Both the position numbers and the translations under genes were made by a program. From positions 632,793 to 696,792 of the forward strand of contig JAZKCY010000001.1 in assembly GCA_040387855.1 (NCBI GenBank): a stretch of 64,000 nucleotides of DNA. Direction: 5' to 3'. The stretch comes from Patescibacteria group bacterium (GTDB lineage: Bacteria; Patescibacteriota; Minisyncoccia; Phycocordibacterales; JAKAEA01). Numbering within the stretch: the first letter of the stretch is position 1; each line of letters opens with the position of its first letter. Below the pieces are notes generated by a model, which saw only the letters and a program-made list of their open reading frames with translations, was not told the origin of the DNA and searched no databases. Shown here piece by piece: positions 9,568 through 20,379 of this stretch.

Positions 9568-10839
9568 ATGGATAAGGATCTCTCAATACTATGGGACGTA
9601 GCCGTAATTGGTGGAGGCCCAGCTGGAATGATGGCAGCAGGACGCGCAGCAGAACGCGGTCTTAAAGTTATTCTTATTGAGAAAAATGATTCTCTCGGAA
9701 AAAAACTTCTTATTACCGGTGGTGGACGCTGCAATGTAACGAACGGGGAATTGGATACCCGCACCCTTCTCTCAAAATTTAAAGACAACGATAAATTTTT
9801 GTTTTCAGCATTTTCTCAATGGAGTGTACAAGAAACGTTAGACTTTTTTCATATACACAATATGGAAACAAAAGAAGAAAAAGAAAAACGAGTCTTCCCT
9901 ATTTCAAATAAATCTCAGTCAGTGTGGAATGTGCTTGTCGAAAATCTCAAAAAGCATAATGTAACTATTCTTTCTAACTCACCCGTGATAGAAATCATTC
10001 GAGATTCTGAAAAGAATACTATTTCTGGAATAAAATTAAAGAATAATAAAACTATTACTGCGCACTCATATATAGTAGCAACTGGAGGAAAATCTCGACC
10101 AGAGACAGGCTCAACAGGAGATGGCTTCGTGTGGCTCAAAAAGCTTGGCCACGATGTCATTGAGCCAGAAGCATCATTAGTGCCTATTGAAGTAGAGGAT
10201 GCGTGGGTGAAGCGTTTGCAGGGTATCTCTATGCCTGAAGTGAAGATTACTCTTTTTCAGAATGAGATAAAACAAGACGTACAAAAAGGCAAAATTCTTT
10301 TTACACACTTTGGAATCTCAGGCCCAACTGTTTTAAATATGAGTAAGGATATTAGTGAGCTTTTAAAATACGGTGAAGTAATAATCTCAGTAGATGCACT
10401 TCCTGTGTATGATCCAGGAACTCTCAATCTTAAACTCCAAGAACTTTTACGTGGCAAAGATATAAACAAGAAACTTAAAAATGTATTAGATGAAATTATA
10501 CCTGCAGCACTTGTCGTACCAGTGCTCGAACTTTCAGCAGTAAACGGCGATACAGCAAGCAATAGTGTAACGCGAGAAGAGCGTCTCCAACTGGTAAAAA
10601 CACTAAAAGACATGCGGATGCGTGCCACAGGATTACTCGGGCTTGATAAAGCGATCATAACTTCAGGGGGAGTTTCTCTTGATGAAGTAGATTTTAAAAC
10701 TATGCGCTCTCGCCTATTCTCGAATTTATACTTAATTGGAGATGTTTTAAATATAGATAGACCATCAGGTGGCTATTCTTTGCAGCTCTGTTGGACCACA
10801 GGATTTGTAGCAGGAAATTCTATTTCTTCTTCTCAATAA
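9568..10839 (+). CDS. HI0933/BaiN-family flavoprotein
   Basis: GGGPAGMMAA, GGGRCNVTN, TGDG, LFTHFGISGP, GGYSLQ. Confidence 0.93.
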   Translation: MDKDLSILWDVAVIGGGPAGMMAAGRAAERGLKVILIEKNDSLGKKLLITGGGRCNVTNGELDTRTLLSKFKDNDKFLFSAFSQWSVQETLDFFHIHNMETKEEKEKRVFPISNKSQSVWNVLVENLKKHNVTILSNSPVIEIIRDSEKNTISGIKLKNNKTITAHSYIVATGGKSRPETGSTGDGFVWLKKLGHDVIEPEASLVPIEVEDAWVKRLQGISMPEVKITLFQNEIKQDVQKGKILFTHFGISGPTVLNMSKDISELLKYGEVIISVDALPVYDPGTLNLKLQELLRGKDINKKLKNVLDEIIPAALVVPVLELSAVNGDTASNSVTREERLQLVKTLKDMRMRATGLLGLDKAIITSGGVSLDEVDFKTMRSRLFSNLYLIGDVLNIDRPSGGYSLQLCWTTGFVAGNSISSSQ

Positions 10840-12481
10840 AGAGTCTTGCAAAACGCACTTCTGGAAAAGACACGGTATTCTTTAATAGAGTACGTACTGA
10901 GCCCAAACTATAATCTCCTGTAGTTTTATAAGACTCATGAAATGCATCAGTAATTTTCTTAAGTAATGCAGGTTTGATATTTGCAGCTTTCAAATACTCT
11001 ATATCTATATCGTGATTATCTTCTTGCAATGTTTCTATATGACTAATGATAGTCTCAACTTTTAGGTTCCGTTCTTTTGCCATTGCCTGAAGTGACATCT
11101 TCTTTTCAAGAAGCGCTTTGGTAATAATGTGAGTTTCAACCTTAATACTTTTCTTAGTGCGCATTACAGCAGCGGCGCGTGCAAGAAATTCATCTTGCTG
11201 TTTTTGTAATTCTTTTTGATCAACTTTTGAAAGTACTTGCTGAAGCTTCTTTGATTGCTCTTGGAGTTCTTCATCAAACATAAGTACATCTTCATCAACC
11301 TCTAAAGCCTGTTCGTTGATACCTAAGAGTTTTAAACCTGATAGAGATTTGAGCCGCGACAACGCCACATATCCCATACCCTTTTCAAATGATTTTGAAA
11401 GATCAATCTCTGCAGCATCGAGAGTCATTCCCTGACTTTTGTGAATAGTAATTGCCCAGGCCAAACGAAGTGGCACTTGTTTTACTTTTGCTTTTACCTT
11501 CCCATCATCTTCAATAGTCCATTCCATGGGTTCTGCTTTAATGATTTTGCCGCTTGCAGTTTTAATTATAGGAGACGTAATTCCACACTCAATAACCGTA
11601 CCCAATGTACCGTTTACATAGCCCACATCGTAATTGTTTTTAACAAACATTACCTGAGCACCCTTTTTGAGAGTTAACACACCCGGAGCAAGACAACTAT
11701 TTTTGATAGCAGCAACCAGTACATCACGACCCTCTTCATTCATAAAATAACTCCGTGCTTCGCCTTCGGTAGCGGCAAGTTCTTGAGCATTAATACCATC
11801 TACGTCTACATTGTGAGTAAAAAGTTTGGTGGGCTTTAGATCACCAATCAGTTCAGAATTAAATCTTTTATCTAAATGTGACCGCAATACATCAGAAACA
11901 GAATTTGTTCTAATTCCATTTAGGACATCCAAGAAGGCAGTATCTGTTTGACGATATGAACCTTCGAGATAACAAATCTTTAAATTCAAATTTTTCCATG
12001 CTTCTGATTTATAAATAAATTCAGCATCTTCTTCATGTGATTTTGAAACTGGTGGCAACTGAAAAAAATCACCACACAAAACCACCTGTAGTCCTCCAAA
12101 TGGCTTATCGTTTCGTTTGAAGAACCGCGCAATCTCATCAACGAGATCTAAGCGAAAATGATGGAGCATTGATACTTCATCAATAATCAGTACTTTTGTA
12201 TTCTTAAATCTTTCCCATAAATATCTTTTTTCTTCCATTGCTTCCAAATCATAAGGAGTCAATGTATTGCGAATTCCAAGTCCAGACCATGAATGAATAG
12301 TCACACCATTCATATGACTGGCAGCAATTCCTGTTGAGGCAGTAACGGCATGAGCAATTTCATGCTTTTTTAAATACTGAATGTATTGATTGAGCACATA
12401 AGTCTTTCCACTACCGGCAGAACCTGTGAGATAGACATTATGTCCAAGTTTTAAAATGTTGAGTGCGTCTGTTTGAGTCAC
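10820..12481 (-). CDS. PIF1-family DNA helicase with C-terminal helix-turn-helix
   Basis: GSAGSGKT, IIDEVSM, GDFFQLPPV, AITIHKSQGMTL, YVALSR; GTG start with TATACT 6 nt upstream. Confidence 0.92.
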   Translation of the reverse strand: MTQTDALNILKLGHNVYLTGSAGSGKTYVLNQYIQYLKKHEIAHAVTASTGIAASHMNGVTIHSWSGLGIRNTLTPYDLEAMEEKRYLWERFKNTKVLIIDEVSMLHHFRLDLVDEIARFFKRNDKPFGGLQVVLCGDFFQLPPVSKSHEEDAEFIYKSEAWKNLNLKICYLEGSYRQTDTAFLDVLNGIRTNSVSDVLRSHLDKRFNSELIGDLKPTKLFTHNVDVDGINAQELAATEGEARSYFMNEEGRDVLVAAIKNSCLAPGVLTLKKGAQVMFVKNNYDVGYVNGTLGTVIECGITSPIIKTASGKIIKAEPMEWTIEDDGKVKAKVKQVPLRLAWAITIHKSQGMTLDAAEIDLSKSFEKGMGYVALSRLKSLSGLKLLGINEQALEVDEDVLMFDEELQEQSKKLQQVLSKVDQKELQKQQDEFLARAAAVMRTKKSIKVETHIITKALLEKKMSLQAMAKERNLKVETIISHIETLQEDNHDIDIEYLKAANIKPALLKKITDAFHESYKTTGDYSLGSVRTLLKNTVSFPEVRFARLFIEKKK

Positions 12482-12538
12482 GGAGCTAGTATACCAGACC
12501 CAGATAAAATAAAAATAAAATCTGCTATAATCTCATGT

Positions 12539-13135
12539 ATGGAGCAGATCATCTCGCTTATCCTAACCTATAAATACGCAATTATGGTCCCGGCCGCCGT
12601 GATTGAGGGGCCAGTTCTCACCATGATATGTGGGTTTCTCTATAAAATGGGATACCTTGCTTTTATACCCACATATCTCCTACTTATGTTTGGCGATATC
12701 CTAGGAGATGTCATCTGGTACGGAATTGGATATTATGGAGGCCGCCCGTTTGTACGCAGATTTGGCAAATATTTTAGTGTTACAGAAGAAAAGATTACAA
12801 CGGTAGAAAAGTTCTTTCATACTCATTCAGATAAGATTTTAATTATTTCAAAAATTACAAACGGCTTCGGCTTTGCACTTGTAACTCTTATGACTGCTGG
12901 AATCGTTAAAATATCTTTTAAGCGCTATATGATTCTCAATACTATTGGCCAGTTTATTTGGACTGGCACACTCCTTGCACTTGGTTATTTCTTTGGTAAT
13001 GTATACGAAACAATGGATGGGATATTTGCAAAGATTTCACTTTTCGCAATGATAGCTATAGCGCTTGCATTATTCTTTGGCATTGGTAAATACATGAAAG
13101 AACGAGTAACAGCCACATCAGAAAAACCTCTATGA
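12539..13135 (+). CDS. DedA/SNARE-associated family membrane protein
   Basis: GDILGDVIWYGIG, TM pattern; TATAAT 7 nt before ATG 12539. Confidence 0.88.
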   Translation: MEQIISLILTYKYAIMVPAAVIEGPVLTMICGFLYKMGYLAFIPTYLLLMFGDILGDVIWYGIGYYGGRPFVRRFGKYFSVTEEKITTVEKFFHTHSDKILIISKITNGFGFALVTLMTAGIVKISFKRYMILNTIGQFIWTGTLLALGYFFGNVYETMDGIFAKISLFAMIAIALALFFGIGKYMKERVTATSEKPL

Positions 13136-13845
13136 TTTCTATTATAATTCCTACATATAATGAAGAGAAAGCTATAAGCAAGATGCTCAAACATCTTACA
13201 ACTACACTTACTATTCCCTATGAAATCATAGTTACCGATGATCTTAGTACAGATACAACAGTAGAAATAGCTAAAACATTTCCGGTAAAAGTTGTAGTTA
13301 ATCCCCATAAAAAAAGCATCGGAGCAAATAGAAATTTTGGAGCAACTCATGCTCATAGTGAATATATTGCTTTTCTAGATGCTGGATGCATGATTCACAA
13401 TCCTGATCTTTTTTTCACCAAAGCTTTAGAAGCTATTAGGAATAAGAAGCTTGCAGGCCTTACCTGTTGGATAAAGGTAGCCCCAGATGTAGAAACACTT
13501 CCAGATAAAATTATTATTACACTGCTTAATTATGTTTACAGAATAAGTAATAATATACTTCATACAGGTAATGCGACTGGTAAATTTCAAATGGTTGATA
13601 AACAATCATTTGATACTATAGGAGGATACAATGAAAATCTTATTTCATGTGAAGACTTTGATATGTTTAATAGAATTTCTAAAGTAGGTCCAACATACTT
13701 TCATACAGAGCTAACGGTGTATCATGAAAATAGAAGAGCACATACATTGGGATGGCCACGCCTGCTTTGGATTTGGACAGTAGATAATATTTGGTTTATG
13801 TTATTTAAAAAATCTCATTCTAAAGAATGGAAACCCGTTCGCTAA
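13132..13845 (+). CDS. Glycosyltransferase family 2
   Basis: SIIIPTYNEE, DDLSTD, FLDAG, CEDF. Confidence 0.92.
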   Translation: MISIIIPTYNEEKAISKMLKHLTTTLTIPYEIIVTDDLSTDTTVEIAKTFPVKVVVNPHKKSIGANRNFGATHAHSEYIAFLDAGCMIHNPDLFFTKALEAIRNKKLAGLTCWIKVAPDVETLPDKIIITLLNYVYRISNNILHTGNATGKFQMVDKQSFDTIGGYNENLISCEDFDMFNRISKVGPTYFHTELTVYHENRRAHTLGWPRLLWIWTVDNIWFMLFKKSHSKEWKPVR

Positions 13846-13853
13846 ATAATTTT

Positions 13854-14567
13854 ATGAAAATCTCACTTATTATTCCAGCATATAATGAAGAAAAATATAT
13901 TGGCCAGTGTCTCGACGCTGTGACAAAAAATGCTTGCGAGAGTCTTGCCGAAATTATTGTTGTAGATAATGCAAGTACTGATAGAACCAGCGAAATTGCA
14001 AAAAGCTTTCCAAATGTACGCGTAGTATATGAAGAGAAAAAAGGTCTTACCAAAGCTCGCCAGTGTGGATACAATCATGCTCAATCACCTATTGTGGCGT
14101 ATATAGATGCAGATACTAAAATGCCTGCTCAGTGGCTGGAACGGATTGCACAAGAGTTTGAGAACAATCAAAAAGTTGCATGTGTGAGTGGCCCATATAT
14201 TTATCATGATATACCAAAGTGGCAGCAATTTTTTGTAAAACTCTATTGGTATCTTTTGGCATATCCTATGTATCTAATAATTGGATATATGGTTGTTGGT
14301 GGAAACTTTGCCATTCGTAAAGACACTCTTATAAAAATGAATGGATTTGATACAACTATCGATTTTTATGGAGAAGATACCAATATAGCAAGAAGAGCAC
14401 ATGCTTTTGGCAAAGTGCTCTTCAAACCAAGTCTTTATATGTTTACTTCAGGGCGACGTTTTTCTGGGCAAGGGTTTATAAGTACTGGTAAAACCTATGT
14501 TATTAATTTTGTTTCTGAAGTAGTTTTAAAGAAACCTCTCACTAAAAGTTATAAAGATATTCGCTAA
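13854..14567 (+). CDS. Glycosyltransferase family 2
   Basis: SLIIPAYNEE, VDNASTD, IDAD, GEDT. Confidence 0.93.
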   Translation: MKISLIIPAYNEEKYIGQCLDAVTKNACESLAEIIVVDNASTDRTSEIAKSFPNVRVVYEEKKGLTKARQCGYNHAQSPIVAYIDADTKMPAQWLERIAQEFENNQKVACVSGPYIYHDIPKWQQFFVKLYWYLLAYPMYLIIGYMVVGGNFAIRKDTLIKMNGFDTTIDFYGEDTNIARRAHAFGKVLFKPSLYMFTSGRRFSGQGFISTGKTYVINFVSEVVLKKPLTKSYKDIR

Positions 14568-15625
14568 GCTTTCAACGCTTTTCGTCGCACGAGGAAGTAT
14601 GCAAGACCTCCAGTCCATGCAGCTAATGCAGTCATGAATAGCGCGATGTTTGTTGTTGAAGATCCAGTATAGGGAACCTGATTAAGATACACAGTTGTTG
14701 GTTCTTGTTGTACAGGTACATATATAGGTGTTACTACTGATGCTGTTTGCACACTTACGTTTACGCTTACACATGGATTACTATTATTTGAATTGTATAC
14801 AGATGAACATACCGTGATAACAGCATTACCTGGATTTTGTGCGCGAATGTTTAGCTCATTTCCATTCAACGATGCTGAAGCGACATAACTATTTGATGAA
14901 TTTGAAAGATAGTATGATCCAGATCCATGAAGTGTAACCGTTTGAGATTGACCTGTATTAAGACTGATATTAGTTTGACTTACATTTACCCAAGAGTTGT
15001 TGTACGGATGAGAACTTTGTACATCAACATAGATAGTTGCACATGGAGTATTGTTGTTTGAACTACATACCGTTACAGTTGCTGAACCTTGCTGTGAATA
15101 ATTTGGAGCACTAAGAGTTACTACACTACCGTTTGCATACGCATTAACTATATTAGTATTTGTATTTGAAGAAATATAAAGAGAACCTCGTGTTGAAGTA
15201 ACTGTTACTGTCTGACCTTGAGAAAGCTGCACATTATTTCTTGAGAGATTAAGTGCAGTGCTGTTGTTGTAATTATTTGTGTAATAAGGCCAGTTTACAT
15301 ACGATGATTGCTGATTGTTTACCATCGCATATACATTTGTTCCTGCAGGAATATTGTAACCATTACTACTTAATGTAGTTGAGAAATAACCATTCGCATC
15401 AGTAGTACCAATTGAATTTGTACTTGTCCATGATCCAGAGCCTGATGGCATATAATACAGATACACAGGTGCATATGAATCAGCCTGAACTGTTACTCTC
15501 ACCCAATCATTATTAATTGTGTGTACCGAAAGAGACGGGGTAATTGCACTAGCAAAATTTACAACAAATACTGACACCATCACCACAACTGCCATAATAA
15601 CCGACAATTTCTGTAATGTTTTCAT
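14564..15625 (-). CDS. Secreted S/N/T-rich surface protein with repeated beta domains and VPYTG-TM-basic tail
   Basis: Signal peptide; two repeats (L..GQ..TVT...G..Y.S...TVCSS); C-terminal VPYTG + hydrophobic helix + RRKALKA. Confidence 0.8.
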   Translation of the reverse strand: MKTLQKLSVIMAVVVMVSVFVVNFASAITPSLSVHTINNDWVRVTVQADSYAPVYLYYMPSGSGSWTSTNSIGTTDANGYFSTTLSSNGYNIPAGTNVYAMVNNQQSSYVNWPYYTNNYNNSTALNLSRNNVQLSQGQTVTVTSTRGSLYISSNTNTNIVNAYANGSVVTLSAPNYSQQGSATVTVCSSNNNTPCATIYVDVQSSHPYNNSWVNVSQTNISLNTGQSQTVTLHGSGSYYLSNSSNSYVASASLNGNELNIRAQNPGNAVITVCSSVYNSNNSNPCVSVNVSVQTASVVTPIYVPVQQEPTTVYLNQVPYTGSSTTNIALFMTALAAWTGGLAYFLVRRKALKA

Positions 15626-15682
15626 AATGAATAATTATACACCAATCATCATTTGACATCATCTCAAAAACAGCTTGTTATG

Positions 15683-17974
15683 TTAATCCTTCTTTTTTAG
15701 AGGTAGTGTAAAACAAAATATAGAACCTTTACCCACTTCACTTTTTACCGTTAAAGTACCCTTGTGACGTTTAATAATTTGGGCACTAATATTTAATCCC
15801 AAACCAAAGCCGGAAATATTTTTTTGCTTCGAATATTCTGTTCTAAAAAATCTATCAAATACTTTTTGCTGTTCTTCTTTTGGAATCCCCTGACCAAAGT
15901 CTTCAACTTCTACAAGTATATTACCCTTGTTTTCTTTAACGCGAACTATAATCCGATCTGCCTTTGGAGAATACTTAATAGCATTAGCTAAAAGATTTGT
16001 AAGCACTTGTTCTATTCGATCTTTATCAGCACTCACCTTATGTTTTGCTAGGAGTTTATACTCAATAAGATGCGACGTTGTTGTGAGCTGAAGTGATTTT
16101 ATAATATCTCGAGCAACTTCATTCATATCAAATTGCTGATATTTAAGATCAAGCTTACCAGCATGAACCATACTCATATCAAGAAGATCATGAATGAGAT
16201 GTGAAATTCTTTCTGCTTGAGAATGAACCATACCTGCAATTTCAATGAGCTTTGGTTGATCTGAGTTCTTCGCCTGAATATTTAAAATATCAGCAAATAA
16301 TTTTAAACTAGTTATTGGGGTTTTTAATTCATGACTTGCTATACCTAAGAACAAATCTTTTTGCTGTTCTAGATTTTTACGTAATGAAATATCAATAAAT
16401 GAAGACACCATTGCATATGGTTCAGTATTGCCTTGTTCATACAATAATGTGCAGTTCACAAGAACCCATACAAGTGTTCCATCAGGCCGATATACACCCA
16501 TAACAGAATTACTCTGTGGTTGGCGAGTTCTGAGTGTTACTAGAGAAGGGCGTTCTTCTGCAGGAAATGGAGATCCATCTTCTTTAATAACTTTCCACAT
16601 AGGATCAGTGGGCAACTTACCAACAATCTGGTCATAACTTAAACCAAGTATTTCTAACGCAGCTTTATTTGCGGTTTGGACAACACCACCCATATCACTC
16701 AAAGTAATACCTTCTCCAAGCGTTGACACTACACGAGCATGATGACGTTCACTTTCTCTCAAACGTTCTTCAGTAAACTTCTTTTCAGTAATATCTATAT
16801 TAACTCCCACAACTCGCTCAGCTTTTCCTTTTTTATTGAAGAACACATCACCTTTAGCCATCAACCAACGTGTTGTTTGATTGGGTAAAATAATTCTAAA
16901 CTCAACATCATACTTGCTCTTATTTTTTAAAGCATGAGCTAGATTGTCATCAACTTTTTTTACATCCTCAGGATGAATCATTGAAACCCAATGATCATAT
17001 GATTTCTGAAATTCTCCTGGAAGCAAACCATACAATGCCTCCAACTCTGGAGTCCAAATAAGTTTATTATCTTTTATTCGCCATTCAAAAGTCCCTATCT
17101 TCCCAGCCTTTTGTGCAAGATCGAGTCGTTCCTGACTATACTGATATTCTTTGCGAGCTTGAACTTGTTCTGTAACTTCAAGACCCAAAATGATTATTGA
17201 GTCTACCTTCCCTTTTTCATCGCGCAGGGGTTGATATACAAAGTTGAAATAGGCATCTTCGAACACTCCAGTCCCGTGTCGATCAATAGATGCATAAATT
17301 TCATTTCCATATACAACTTCGCCTTCATCGTATACCCGCTCAATAAATTTAAAATATCCCTGCTTATTTAATTCAGGTACTGCGTCTCGCATTGGTTTAC
17401 CTAAAATATCTCGTTTACCCCACAACTTTTCAAACATGGGATTAAAAAGCTCTACAATGCCTTTACGTCCACGCAAAATTGCAATTAGTGCTGGTGCTTG
17501 AGTAAACACAGAATATAAACTCTGGCGAACCTCTTCTGATTTAGCTAATGCTTCACGCTCAAGGGCACGTATATGATTGTGTTCATCTACAGCTTTTTGC
17601 CGTTCTGTTCTATCACGAATTATTTCACTAAAACCAATAACCTTTCCGTGAGTATCTCTCATTGGATACAAAAACCCCTTTGCCCAAAACTTTTTTCCTC
17701 CTTTTTTAAAGTACCAGCCTTCCAGCTCTACTACTTTTTCTTTAAGGGCTTGTTTTGAGAGCTTACTAAATCCATCTTTTTGTTTATATTCTTGAGAACG
17801 CAGTGTAGATACATGCTTTCCAATAATTTCTTTTCGTTTATAAGAAAAGACTTCCTGAGCACCATCATTCCATGTCAAAATAATCCCTTCCTTTGAAACA
17901 GCAAAAACTGCATAGTTGTCGAGACTATCTACAATATCTTTATATATATTAGGCAATGCTGTAGGATCATCCAT
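15683..17974 (-). CDS. Cytoplasmic multi-PAS histidine kinase
   Basis: Four PAS-like repeats, H-box ASHELKTP, NAIKY, GFGLGL. Confidence 0.93.
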   Translation of the reverse strand: MDDPTALPNIYKDIVDSLDNYAVFAVSKEGIILTWNDGAQEVFSYKRKEIIGKHVSTLRSQEYKQKDGFSKLSKQALKEKVVELEGWYFKKGGKKFWAKGFLYPMRDTHGKVIGFSEIIRDRTERQKAVDEHNHIRALEREALAKSEEVRQSLYSVFTQAPALIAILRGRKGIVELFNPMFEKLWGKRDILGKPMRDAVPELNKQGYFKFIERVYDEGEVVYGNEIYASIDRHGTGVFEDAYFNFVYQPLRDEKGKVDSIIILGLEVTEQVQARKEYQYSQERLDLAQKAGKIGTFEWRIKDNKLIWTPELEALYGLLPGEFQKSYDHWVSMIHPEDVKKVDDNLAHALKNKSKYDVEFRIILPNQTTRWLMAKGDVFFNKKGKAERVVGVNIDITEKKFTEERLRESERHHARVVSTLGEGITLSDMGGVVQTANKAALEILGLSYDQIVGKLPTDPMWKVIKEDGSPFPAEERPSLVTLRTRQPQSNSVMGVYRPDGTLVWVLVNCTLLYEQGNTEPYAMVSSFIDISLRKNLEQQKDLFLGIASHELKTPITSLKLFADILNIQAKNSDQPKLIEIAGMVHSQAERISHLIHDLLDMSMVHAGKLDLKYQQFDMNEVARDIIKSLQLTTTSHLIEYKLLAKHKVSADKDRIEQVLTNLLANAIKYSPKADRIIVRVKENKGNILVEVEDFGQGIPKEEQQKVFDRFFRTEYSKQKNISGFGLGLNISAQIIKRHKGTLTVKSEVGKGSIFCFTLPLKKKD

Positions 17975-18021
17975 AAGTTAATAGATTCTATGCCTATTTT
18001 ATGAATAAGTAAACGCTCCTT

Positions 18022-18771
18022 TTATAGCTCGATTTTGTTGAATTGGTATATACCAATGAGTACGGTAACCACTGAAACTCCAAGAAGAACTGAAATACTT
18101 ACAACTGGTGAAAAAGCACTAGCACCGCTAAATGCATATCTCATACTATCTACGCCGTATGTGAGTGGATTTACTTTCGTGATATATGAAAGTACAGCAG
18201 GTAAATTATCAACTGGGAAGAGCGCCCCTGAAAGATAGAATAATGGCTGAATAATAAAATTGAAAATTAATGGGAAACCCTGCATATCTTCAAGCCGTGC
18301 AGCAATTGCGGCTCCCAATGCTGAAAACAGAAATGAAACAAGCAACATTATCAATAGACCCACAGGAAGCATTGCCAAACTATGTGGTCGAAATCCAGCA
18401 ATAAGTGTTACAAGAAATACTAATAATCCTTGAATTGCAGCGACACTCATACCACCCAATGTTTTTCCCATAAAGATTTGAAAGCGAGATACAGGAGCAA
18501 CAAACGTTTCTTTGAGGAACCCAAATTGCTTATCCCAAATAATTTCCATTCCCGTAAAAATAGAACTAAAGAGCACCGTCATGGCAATAATACCTGGAGC
18601 GATAAACTGTATATAATCCCCTCCACCTGTGGCAGATGAATACATAGGACTTAATCCAAAACCGAAAGCAAAAAGGAAAATAACAGGCTGGCCTAGGGCG
18701 CCAATCACACTCGCCTTCTTACGAATAAATCGCTTTAACTGTCGAATCCACAAAATATATATAGCATTCAT
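18022..18771 (-). CDS. ABC-2 type exporter permease (DrrB-like)
   Basis: APGIIAM, GFLKE..APVSR, LSGALFP, NPLTYGVD. Confidence 0.92.
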   Translation of the reverse strand: MNAIYILWIRQLKRFIRKKASVIGALGQPVIFLFAFGFGLSPMYSSATGGGDYIQFIAPGIIAMTVLFSSIFTGMEIIWDKQFGFLKETFVAPVSRFQIFMGKTLGGMSVAAIQGLLVFLVTLIAGFRPHSLAMLPVGLLIMLLVSFLFSALGAAIAARLEDMQGFPLIFNFIIQPLFYLSGALFPVDNLPAVLSYITKVNPLTYGVDSMRYAFSGASAFSPVVSISVLLGVSVVTVLIGIYQFNKIEL

Positions 18772-18776
18772 AATTT

Positions 18777-19556
18777 TTACATTTTTGAAACTCCACGTAA
18801 TGTGCCCTTACTAAAGTTTGAAGCTTCTTCTCGAATCTGATTTCCTGTTAATGCAATAAATGCATCCTCCAAATTATCTTTCCCTGCTTTCTTTCGAATT
18901 TCCTCTGGACTACCTTGAGTAATTATTTTTCCATGATCGATAATAGCAATCTTTGTTGCCATTCGTTCTACTTCTTCCATATGGTGAGTCGTAAAGAAAA
19001 TTGTAACGTTTTCTTCTTTATTTAGATTATGAATGTAATTCCAAATATGATTTCGAGTTTGAGGATCAAGACCAATTGTTGGTTCATCTAAAAAGAGCAC
19101 TTTTGGATGATGAAGCAAACCTCGAGCAATTTCCAATCGTCGCTTCATACCTCCTGAAAATGTCTTAATGAAATTATCTTTCTTATCAGTAAGCTCTACT
19201 AGTTGAAGGAGCTTTTTTATTCTATCTGTATATTGCTCTTTTGTGAGACCATACAAAATCGCATGAAATTGCATGTTTTCATAGGCAGTAAGTTCATTAT
19301 CAAGACTAGGGTCTTGAAAAACAATTCCAAATGACTTTCGAGTCATACTTGGATTTTCAGTCACATTATGACCATCAAGAAAAATCTGACCTTGTGTTGG
19401 ATGAAGCAAAGTCGTTAACATCTTAATTGTTGTAGACTTACCTGCGCCGTTTGGGCCTAAGAATGCAAAAACCTCTCCTTTTTTTACTGTAAATGACACA
19501 TCATCTACAGCAGTAAAATTACCGAACTTTTTTGTTACGTTTTTTACTTCTATCAT
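18777..19556 (-). CDS. ABC exporter ATP-binding subunit (DrrA-like)
   Basis: GPNGAGKS, FSGGMKRR, LFLDEPT. Confidence 0.95.
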   Translation of the reverse strand: MIEVKNVTKKFGNFTAVDDVSFTVKKGEVFAFLGPNGAGKSTTIKMLTTLLHPTQGQIFLDGHNVTENPSMTRKSFGIVFQDPSLDNELTAYENMQFHAILYGLTKEQYTDRIKKLLQLVELTDKKDNFIKTFSGGMKRRLEIARGLLHHPKVLFLDEPTIGLDPQTRNHIWNYIHNLNKEENVTIFFTTHHMEEVERMATKIAIIDHGKIITQGSPEEIRKKAGKDNLEDAFIALTGNQIREEASNFSKGTLRGVSKM

Positions 19557-19593
19557 AATACCTAAGAATATAACACACTCCTACAAAAAAAGG

Positions 19594-19893
19594 CTAGAAA
19601 GCCTTTAATTTTGTAACTACATCATCAACAATAGTTTTAACCTGTTCATCGTATGTAGGAATTTTTTCTTTTAAAAATGCTACAAGCCCAGAGATATCCT
19701 CATCTTCACTTATATTCTCAAGAGTATCTTTATCTTTATCTGAAAGGTTATCTAAAGCAAATTCAAAGATTTTTTCACTGACTAATTCATTCAAATGTTG
19801 AATAATCTGATCCTGTTCTTCAGTAGTAAATGAATTGATATTGAGAAGCTCAACAAGTTGGCCTCGAATTTCTGGGTTTTCGGTAGTAAGCAT
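19594..19893 (-). CDS. Small acidic helical hypothetical protein (DUF5663-like)
   Basis: Clean ORF, acidic all-helical pattern; family call from memory. Confidence 0.6.
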   Translation of the reverse strand: MLTTENPEIRGQLVELLNINSFTTEEQDQIIQHLNELVSEKIFEFALDNLSDKDKDTLENISEDEDISGLVAFLKEKIPTYDEQVKTIVDDVVTKLKAF

Positions 19894-19950
19894 GAGTTAT
19901 ACCCTATTTGATCATATTTGAGTTTAATGTCAAGGATTTCTTTGCTAATA

Positions 19951-20274
19951 TCATTTTTGCTCTATTTGTTTTGTTCTTTTTTCGAATTCATCAGTTTGTC
20001 TTTTTGTATCTTCTGTTTCTGCATTTAAATTTACTGCTTCTGTTGCAAAATGAGCAGTCACACCAACACCAGCTACAATTGCAGCAGCCCCCACAGCGAG
20101 AATTCGCTTATAGAATTTATAAGACTTATTCATTCTTTCAATCTTTTTAATATCAAGCTTTACTTGTTCATCATCCTTTAGTCGCGCTTCAGCTGTAGTA
20201 CGCATCTTATACTGAAGGTACGACTCTTCTTGAGGAGCTTCATTACCAAATGGATTTTCCATATTATTTACCAT
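19951..20274 (-). CDS. Hypothetical protein, single TM
   Basis: TATAAT 6 nt before ATG; one hydrophobic segment. Confidence 0.7.
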   Translation of the reverse strand: MVNNMENPFGNEAPQEESYLQYKMRTTAEARLKDDEQVKLDIKKIERMNKSYKFYKRILAVGAAAIVAGVGVTAHFATEAVNLNAETEDTKRQTDEFEKRTKQIEQK

Positions 20275-20379
20275 GTGATGATTATATCAAGAAGTGATAT
20301 GGGTACACCAGTAGTAACCTAGGGTTTCAACACAACTTTGACACGTTTGTCTCCTGTGTCTCTAAATATTTTTGAAGCT

